The position numbers and the translations under genes were made by a program. The notes under the pieces are model-generated. The model ran no database searches. It was not told where the DNA came from and saw only the letters and a list, made by a program, of their open reading frames with translations. 64,000 bases of DNA from Chloroflexota bacterium. GTDB lineage: Bacteria; Chloroflexota; Dehalococcoidia; Lucifugimonadales; UBA3495. The stretch covers positions 6,102 through 70,101 of the forward strand of contig PBMF01000019.1 of the NCBI GenBank assembly GCA_002721995.1, read 5' to 3'. Numbering within the stretch: the first letter of the stretch is position 1; each line of letters starts with the position of its first letter. Positions 58,035 to 64,000 of the stretch are shown in pieces.

Positions 58035-58853
58035 ATGGACCTGGGACTGAAGGACAAAAAGGCATTTGTGGGAGGCGGCAGCCGTGGCATCGGCAAGGCC
58101 ATCGCGCTGGAATTGGCGCGGGAAGGATGCGATGTGGTCATCGCTTCCCGGACCCAATCCGCCTTGGAAGAGACAGCAAAAGAGATCGAAGACATCACCG
58201 GCCGGAAGGTTATCCCCATGGTGCTTGATGTGACATCCCGTGAGTACGTCGACCGCGTCGTGGCCGAAGCCGCCAGCCAATTGGGCGGCCTGGACATTCT
58301 GGTCAACAGCGCGTCGTTGCCCGGTGGTTCTCCCAACGCCATCGGTCCCATCGACACCGTAGACGAGGACGCCCTGATCGGTGATTTCGACGTGAAATAC
58401 GTGGGCGCTCTGCGCTGCGCCCGCGCCGCCCTTCCCTTCCTGAAGGAACAGCCCTGGGGCCGGATCATCAACATCAGCGGCGGCAACGCCAGGAACGCCG
58501 GCAACCTGAGCGGCGGTGCCCGCAACGTGTCCCTGGTCCACATGACCAAGACCCTGGCCACCCAGGTGGGCAAGTTTGGCATTACCGTCAACTGCATCCA
58601 CCCGGGCACCACCCGCACCGAGCGGACGCCCAGCCTGATGGAGGCCAGGGGCAAGGCCCTCGGCGTCAGCCCGGAAGAGGCGGAAAAGCAGGACTTCACC
58701 GACGGTTCCCCTCGGGGCAACCACATCAACCGGATGGTCGATGCCTCGGAGATCGGCTATCTGACCGCCTATCTGGCATCGGACAAGTCGTGGGCGGTGA
58801 CCGGCGAGGTCATCATGGCCGGCGGCGGCACCGGAAATTCGGTCTACTACTAG
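58035..58853 (+). CDS. SDR-family oxidoreductase
   Basis: GGGSRGIGKAIA cofactor motif and NSAS; classical SDR length. Confidence 0.85.
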   Translation: MDLGLKDKKAFVGGGSRGIGKAIALELAREGCDVVIASRTQSALEETAKEIEDITGRKVIPMVLDVTSREYVDRVVAEAASQLGGLDILVNSASLPGGSPNAIGPIDTVDEDALIGDFDVKYVGALRCARAALPFLKEQPWGRIINISGGNARNAGNLSGGARNVSLVHMTKTLATQVGKFGITVNCIHPGTTRTERTPSLMEARGKALGVSPEEAEKQDFTDGSPRGNHINRMVDASEIGYLTAYLASDKSWAVTGEVIMAGGGTGNSVYY

Positions 58854-58931
58854 ATCCAACGAACTAAGAATCCACAGAGGGCGCCGTGCCGGCACCGGGA
58901 CGGCGTCCCTTATTAGGTGACCCACAGACCA

Positions 58932-59129
58932 ATGTCGACCAACGACCTATCAGAACTGGACCAAGACGTAAACGAAGTCAGGCGGCGCGTGGAAGCCCTG
59001 GCCAACGACATGCGCGGTCTGGGCATGGACCTCAGGGTGTCAGCCGAAGAGTACGGGCCGGAACGGGACTCGGATGGCACCATAACCCGCACCGTTAGCT
59101 TCAACTTCAAGATCGCCCAGCAGGACTAG
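58932..59129 (+). CDS. hypothetical small protein
   Basis: 65-codon ORF (MSTNDLSELDQDVNEVRRRVEALAND...), predicted helical N-terminus. No family recognised. Confidence 0.35.
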   Translation: MSTNDLSELDQDVNEVRRRVEALANDMRGLGMDLRVSAEEYGPERDSDGTITRTVSFNFKIAQQD

Positions 59130-59139
59130 GCGCCGATTT

Positions 59140-60399
59140 CTAGCGGCGGCCCAGGGCCATGGCCGTGGCCTCCGGCATACCCCGCAACCGCAGCATGGCC
59201 GCAGTGCCCAGCGCGGGCCCGATGGCCAGCACCGCGAAGGCCGGTCCCCAGCCCATGGAGTCCGCCATCACCGGCAGGAACCGGATGGGCGCGATGGTCA
59301 AAAGAAACCCGATTCCCGTCTGAAAGGCCAGAGCCGTCCCCCGGTAGGCGTCCTCGGAAAGCTCGGTGAGGGCCGTGGAAAACTGGGCTGAGTCGGCCAC
59401 GACGGATGCTCCCCAAATCATGGCCACGATGGCGATCAACACCCCCCACTCCACGGGCATGAAGCCGATGTAGAGCGCCGTTCCCCCGCTGATGACCATG
59501 GCCCAACTGGTGGCTGCCGTCCGGCCCATGCGTTCTGCGAAGACCCCGGTGGCTACACACCCCACCGCCCCGGCGATGAACACCAGGAAGGTGACCAGGC
59601 TGGCCAGGTCCAGGGAATCACCGATCATGCTTTTGGTGCCGTAGACCGTGGCCAGGAAGGCTGGTATCCAAGCCCACATGGCGTAGAGTTCCCACATGTG
59701 GCCCAGGTAGCCAAAGAGCACCAGTCTGGTGGACTTCACCCGCACAGTGTCCAGGATGTAGCTGGGCTTGAACTGGCGGGCGGGAACGTCTAGGGGGCCG
59801 TCCTTGACCAGGAAGTAGACGATGGCCCCGGCCAGGGCGGCCAGTCCCGCGCTCAGGTAGAGGGTGGTTTCCCACTGGGCCACGAAGATGGACCGCAGTA
59901 GGTGAGGCGAACCACTGCCCAGGGTGAGAGCGCCAATCATGACACCGATGGCGATCCCCCGGCCGGACAGGAACCAGCCGGAGATGATCTTCATACCCGG
60001 TGGATAGACACCGCCCAGGAAGACCCCGCTCAGGAGACGCAGCACCAAAGCGGTGGCGAACCCGCCGGGCACGAACACTAGGGCCGCGTTGGTCGCCCCC
60101 GCCAGTACAGCACAGATGGCAAAAACCTTGCGAGTGTTTATAACGTCCACAAGGTTGGTGATAGCTATGAGCAGCGTGCCGATGACGAAGCCTATCTGGA
60201 CGGCGATGGTCAGCCAGGCGATATCTCCGCTGGAGAACCCCTTTTCTGCCTCCAAGGCAGGGGCGATGGCGTTGGTGCTGAACCAGACGGTGAGGCTGAG
60301 GACCGTGGCGACGGACAGATAGGCGAGCATCCGCCAGCGGAGGGGATGTTCGCCGTTTCCGTGTTCAGGCGCGGCGTCGTTCTGCTGGGAGTCTGCCAA
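59140..60399 (-). CDS. MFS transporter
   Basis: 12-TM profile. TTG start 4 nt downstream of the stop of the preceding metE-like gene. Confidence 0.78.
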   Translation of the reverse strand: MADSQQNDAAPEHGNGEHPLRWRMLAYLSVATVLSLTVWFSTNAIAPALEAEKGFSSGDIAWLTIAVQIGFVIGTLLIAITNLVDVINTRKVFAICAVLAGATNAALVFVPGGFATALVLRLLSGVFLGGVYPPGMKIISGWFLSGRGIAIGVMIGALTLGSGSPHLLRSIFVAQWETTLYLSAGLAALAGAIVYFLVKDGPLDVPARQFKPSYILDTVRVKSTRLVLFGYLGHMWELYAMWAWIPAFLATVYGTKSMIGDSLDLASLVTFLVFIAGAVGCVATGVFAERMGRTAATSWAMVISGGTALYIGFMPVEWGVLIAIVAMIWGASVVADSAQFSTALTELSEDAYRGTALAFQTGIGFLLTIAPIRFLPVMADSMGWGPAFAVLAIGPALGTAAMLRLRGMPEATAMALGRR

Positions 60400-60402
60400 C
60401 TT

Positions 60403-61545
60403 CTACCAGAGTTCCGCGCTGGCCAGCCGGGCGCCCTCCACCATGGATGCCAGTTTGGCCCAGGCGACCCTGGACTCAACACGGCGGCCCCAGGCGGATG
60501 TGCCGAAGCCGCAGTCGCTGCCCACCATCATGTTTTCTTTCCCGACGATACCGGCATAGTTGGCGATCCGCTGGGCGATGAGGTCCGGGTGCTCGATGAA
60601 GTTGGTGGTGGTGTCCAGGACACCAGGGATGATCACCTTGCCCTCGGGCAGTTTCACGTCCTCCCAGACCTTCCACTCGTGGGCATGGCGAGGATTGGCG
60701 CCCTCGAAGGAAATGGCTCCGGGCGGGGCCTTGATCACGATGTTCACGATCCTCTTCAGGGGCACGTCGTAGTGATGGGGACCTTCGGTGTTGCCCCAGC
60801 AGAGGTGCATGCGCATCCGGTCAGGCGGTAGACCGGCCAAAGCATACTGTAGTACCTCGACGTGCATCTCCACTATCTTGATGAACTCGTCCTCGCCCAG
60901 GTGGGAGAACTGGGTGATGCGGGTCATTGCCAGGTCGGGGCAATCTATCTGGAGTAATAGCCCGGAGTCTATGATGGCCTTGTAATCGTCCTTCATCACG
61001 TCGGCCAGGGCGTAGAGGTACTCCTCTTCGCTGGCGTAGAACTGGTTGGGCAGGAAGTTGGCGATGACGCCGGGAGAGGCGGAGGTCATGAAGACCTCTT
61101 CGGCTGCCATTCCTTCGGTGGCCGTTTTGAGGCGCTGGATTTCCCGCTGGACCGCGTCTTTGTCCTTCCACCCGACGGGGCCGGTACAGGCGGGCCAGGG
61201 AAGAGTCGCCGAAGATGGGCCCCTTTGGGCGGCGAACTCGGGGAACTCCAAGTCGTCTTTTCGGGGCACGGTACGGATGATCTGTTCGCCGTCGTACCCG
61301 GTCAACCGGTCTTTCACGTAGGTGGCGTACTGGACCCGTCCTTGCTCGCCGTCGTTTATAACGTCGATTCCGGCGGCCACCTGTCGGGCTACCACATCGG
61401 CGACGCCCTCTTCCACGCTGGCCCGGTATTCCTCGGCTTCGGCGTCCTGGTGGTCCAGCCTGGAACGCAACACTTCCTGCAGCTCAGGAGAGCGGGGCAG
61501 GCTGCCGGTATGGGTGGTCAGTATCCGGGTCTCACTTCGCTTCAT
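60403..61545 (-). CDS. cobalamin-independent methionine-synthase-like (MetE C-terminal domain family) methyltransferase
   Basis: ILTTHTGSLPR N-terminus and the Zn-ligand region HLCWGN...DCGFG, typical of the single-domain MetE-like family. Confidence 0.7.
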   Translation of the reverse strand: MKRSETRILTTHTGSLPRSPELQEVLRSRLDHQDAEAEEYRASVEEGVADVVARQVAAGIDVINDGEQGRVQYATYVKDRLTGYDGEQIIRTVPRKDDLEFPEFAAQRGPSSATLPWPACTGPVGWKDKDAVQREIQRLKTATEGMAAEEVFMTSASPGVIANFLPNQFYASEEEYLYALADVMKDDYKAIIDSGLLLQIDCPDLAMTRITQFSHLGEDEFIKIVEMHVEVLQYALAGLPPDRMRMHLCWGNTEGPHHYDVPLKRIVNIVIKAPPGAISFEGANPRHAHEWKVWEDVKLPEGKVIIPGVLDTTTNFIEHPDLIAQRIANYAGIVGKENMMVGSDCGFGTSAWGRRVESRVAWAKLASMVEGARLASAELW

Positions 61546-61711
61546 CGTCTGGTCACGCACCTCTCATTGGCCGAGCCCGTTGGGTGGAACGGATTGTACA
61601 CGGTCTGAAAGGGGGAAGTAAGAACCAGCGGGAGAAGGGGGGCAGCTCTGGAGCGCGGGACCGAACGCGGCCAATGCTCAAGAATACCGCAGCTAGGTGC
61701 AGGGAATGGGG

Positions 61712-62138
61712 TTATTCGTCGTTGGCGGTGATATCGACGGGAGATGTTGCGGGAATCTCTTCCTCCGGCCCTCGGGGACTCCCGATGAGTCCGCTTCGGG
61801 ATTGGGGTATTCCGTTCTCGTCGCCGAGCAGCTTGCCCACCCGTTCGATGATCTCTTCAACTTTGAAGGGTTTGGTCACATAATCGGCCACACTCAGCCG
61901 GTAGCCCCGGTCCTGATGTCCCACCACGGAAATCATCGAGATTGGGATATTGGCGGTGCACGGGTTCTTCTTGAGTGATGTCACAACGTCAAACCCGTTG
62001 ATATCGGGCATCATCACGTCCAGAGTTATCAGGTCCGGATGTCAGGGATACATCGAAGCCCCCTTTGCTCAAAACGAAGCTGAGAGACCGAACGATATTC
62101 GGCTCGTCATCGACGATCAATATTTTGTTTCCTTCCAT
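61712..62138 (-). pseudogene. CheY-like response-regulator receiver gene disrupted by an out-of-frame internal deletion
   Basis: MEGNKILIVDDEPN...GGFDVSLTSG is in one frame (ORF 61989..62201). PDLITLDVMMPDINGF...KPF is in another (ORF 61712..62017). The DD-to-D spacing is about 12 residues short of a standard receiver domain. Confidence 0.6.
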
Positions 62139-62249
62139 TGGAATCTTTGCCTCCGCAAGGCCGCCGGCGCAGGCGGGGACCGGCGCGGACCAGGTTTTCA
62201 TTGCATTTAGAATTTGGACCCAAACCTACCCACAGTTCGGTAAGGTCCA

Positions 62250-62255
62250 TTCTAC
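62250..62255 (-). promoter_or_regulatory. candidate -10 element TAGAAT for the response-regulator gene
   Basis: Minus strand reads AAAGTAGAATGG, about 110 nt upstream of the ATG at 62138. Confidence 0.3.
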
Positions 62256-62387
62256 TTTACCGGTCGGGTATCAAGTGTGCCAAAAACTAACAGGGGAATT
62301 TCGTAAGAGTCTGTCCCATCCATCTGGGCGAGGGTGCCCGTGCCAACCCAGTGAGTGACCTCTACTTCAAGTCGGCCCAGCCCCAGG

Positions 62388-63161
62388 CTACGGGCGGTCC
62401 GCTTTTTCTTCGTAGCCTCGGGGTGTGATTACTTTGCCGCCGTGCAGGTAGGTGGTGGAGTTCCCGATGACCACGATGGTGACCATGTCCACCGATGCCG
62501 CTGCCTGCTCCAGTTCTTTTAGGGTGGTTACCATGACCCGCTGTCCGCTGCGGAAGGCGTCACCGACGATGCCGACGGGTGTATCGGCCGGCCGGTGCTT
62601 CAGAAGTATCTCGCGGGCTTCCAACAGTTGGGTCTGGCGGCGTTTGCTGCGGGGGTTATACAGTGCCACCACAAAGTCTCCCTGGGCCGCCGCCTCCAAC
62701 CGGGAACGGATCTTTTCCCAGGGCGTGAGCAGGTTGCTCAGGCTGATGGCGCAGAAGTCCTGCATCAGCGGTGAACCCAGCACCGCGGCGGCGGCCTGCA
62801 TGGCAGACACGCCGGGCACGGTTTCCACCGCCGGGCTTTCGCCGTTCCAACCACGGTCGGTGAGTACCCGGAAGACAGGACCGGACATGCCGTAGATGCC
62901 GGCGTCGCCGGAGGAAACCACGGCCACCGTCTTGCCGGCGTAGGCCGAGTCAACCGCAGCGGCGGCCCGCTCCAGCTCGTGGCCCAATTCCATGGAAACA
63001 ACCTCTTTGCCGGTGATCAGAGACTGTATCTGGTCGATGTAGGCCCGGAAGCCAATGACGACGTCGCTTTGGGCCAGGGCCTGGGAAGCCGCGGGGGCCA
63101 GGTAGTCGGGGTCTCCGGGGCCGAGGCCCACCAGGAATATCTTGCCGGATGGTGTGGTCAT
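62388..63161 (-). CDS. cobJ: precorrin-3B C17-methyltransferase
   Basis: IFLVGLGPGDPDYL motif. SAM-dependent tetrapyrrole methylase family. Follows cbiG. Confidence 0.85.
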   Translation of the reverse strand: MTTPSGKIFLVGLGPGDPDYLAPAASQALAQSDVVIGFRAYIDQIQSLITGKEVVSMELGHELERAAAAVDSAYAGKTVAVVSSGDAGIYGMSGPVFRVLTDRGWNGESPAVETVPGVSAMQAAAAVLGSPLMQDFCAISLSNLLTPWEKIRSRLEAAAQGDFVVALYNPRSKRRQTQLLEAREILLKHRPADTPVGIVGDAFRSGQRVMVTTLKELEQAAASVDMVTIVVIGNSTTYLHGGKVITPRGYEEKADRP

Positions 63162-64000
63162 CTACTAGCGCTCCCAGCAGTTTCAAATGTCTTTCGAGCT
63201 ATTGCTATGGTGGCCCGCTCGGTCTTCTTGCGAGTAACCAATAATTCATCTGCCCCGGCGGTCAAGAGCGCCGACGGCTCGGCCACTCCCCAGACTCCAA
63301 CCAGGCCGTGGGCCCGCTCGGACTTGGAGGTGATCGCACCGGGGTTTGTTTCAAACACCCCGTTCAGTTCTCCGGCCCCGTGGCAGACCAACGGGACGCC
63401 GTGGCGCTCGGCCAACTGCAACAGGCCGGGTTCGGCTTGCTTGATGTCAGCGGTGGCGATGGCTGAGAGGCATTCTGGCGCAAGACCGTGCTCCCGGCAG
63501 GTCTCGACGAGAAAGGACTCCAGTTCTTCCACCGGGACACCCCTTCGGCAGCCCATGCCGACGACTAGGCTGCGGGGCCGGTAGACCACGGTGGTCTTGT
63601 CGGCCAGCATTGTTTCCAACGGGTCCGTTTTGTCGGTCACGATGAGGGCGGCGGCACAGGCCGAAGCCGCCAGATCCTCCAAGGTTTGGTAAACCGTGAT
63701 GTTCTCGGGAAGGGGCTTGTCATGGGGCCACCAGTCCGGTTCTCCCGCCCCCTGCCAAAGCCCGATGGGTTGGCCGTTGATCACGGCGGCGCTGGCCCGG
63801 GTGACGGCGGAAGAATCGGCCACCAACCGCCAGCCGCACCCCTGGCCCAGCAGGTCGACGGCCAAGGTGCCCGAGGCATGGGAGGCCGACGTTATCACCG
63901 GCGTGGCTCCCAGATGCCGGGCGACGTCCTGGGCCAGCCTGTCAGCCCCACCGATGTGCCCGGAGATAAGGCTGACGCAGAACCTGCCGGCGTCGTCCAC
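63158..64000 (-). CDS. cbiG: cobalt-precorrin-5A hydrolase CbiG (N-terminus beyond the window edge)
   Basis: SLISGHIGGADRLAQ..LGATPVITSAS and C-terminal VVGMGCRRG motifs. Truncated by the window end. Confidence 0.8.
   Translation of the reverse strand: MDDAGRFCVSLISGHIGGADRLAQDVARHLGATPVITSASHASGTLAVDLLGQGCGWRLVADSSAVTRASAAVINGQPIGLWQGAGEPDWWPHDKPLPENITVYQTLEDLAASACAAALIVTDKTDPLETMLADKTTVVYRPRSLVVGMGCRRGVPVEELESFLVETCREHGLAPECLSAIATADIKQAEPGLLQLAERHGVPLVCHGAGELNGVFETNPGAITSKSERAHGLVGVWGVAEPSALLTAGADELLVTRKKTERATIAIARKTFETAGSASR

Noticed and set aside
61546-61711. A cobalamin or SAM riboswitch upstream of the metE-like gene.
   Set aside because: I found no B12-box-like (AGYCMGGAGACCKGCC) or SAM-I/II core motif on the minus strand. 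The region is short and GC-rich, with no obvious terminator.
62202-62387. An sRNA driven by the +-strand TAGAAT at 62209-62214, between the response-regulator gene and cobJ.
   Set aside because: There is a single hexamer match, with no -35 box, no terminator and no conserved structure visible. The region is more simply the response regulator's own upstream region.

Overview
64 kb, about 60% GC, densely coding. It looks like a chromosomal core region, not an island. All identifications come from reading the six-frame translations and recalling family motifs; no database search was run.

I support about 62 protein genes, one tRNA-Asn(GTT), several rho-independent terminators, a recurring TAGAAT-type -10 promoter element, and three families of intergenic hairpin/palindromic repeats.

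- **Housekeeping genes:** metG, a polyprenyl synthase, lipA, gmk, aroA, tyrA, otsA/otsB, rpiB, argS, mgtE, hisF/hisIE, hisS, yajQ, pruA, an NAD-dependent formate dehydrogenase, cobJ/cbiG.
- **Heat-shock module:** hsp20 divergent from a dnaJ-like gene, hspR and clpC.
- **Catabolic-enzyme paralogs:** amidohydrolases, cupins, VOC proteins, alpha/beta hydrolases, HAD hydrolases, a luciferase-like monooxygenase, a CaiB-type CoA-transferase, ketopantoate-reductase-like genes and MFS transporters.
- **Lineage:** gene content and repeat types suggest a marine Chloroflexota (SAR202/Dehalococcoidia-like) genome. This is inference only.
- **Not found:** transposase, integrase, CRISPR array or recognisable defence system.

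Most notable observations:
1. A DsbA/FrnE-like gene has an in-frame TGA exactly at the first Cys of its CxxC motif (U-P-W-C), with a strong SD/ATG upstream and a hairpin downstream. This is a candidate selenoprotein.
2. Three otherwise coherent genes (one VOC, two lipoproteins) carry four in-frame TAG codons and one in-frame TAA.
3. TAG is the dominant terminator in this window and TGA the rarest, which is atypical for a high-GC genome.
4. A response-regulator gene is split by an out-of-frame internal deletion.
5. A terminator/T-box-like leader lies upstream of argS.
6. Nested hairpin repeats fill the gaps between convergent genes.
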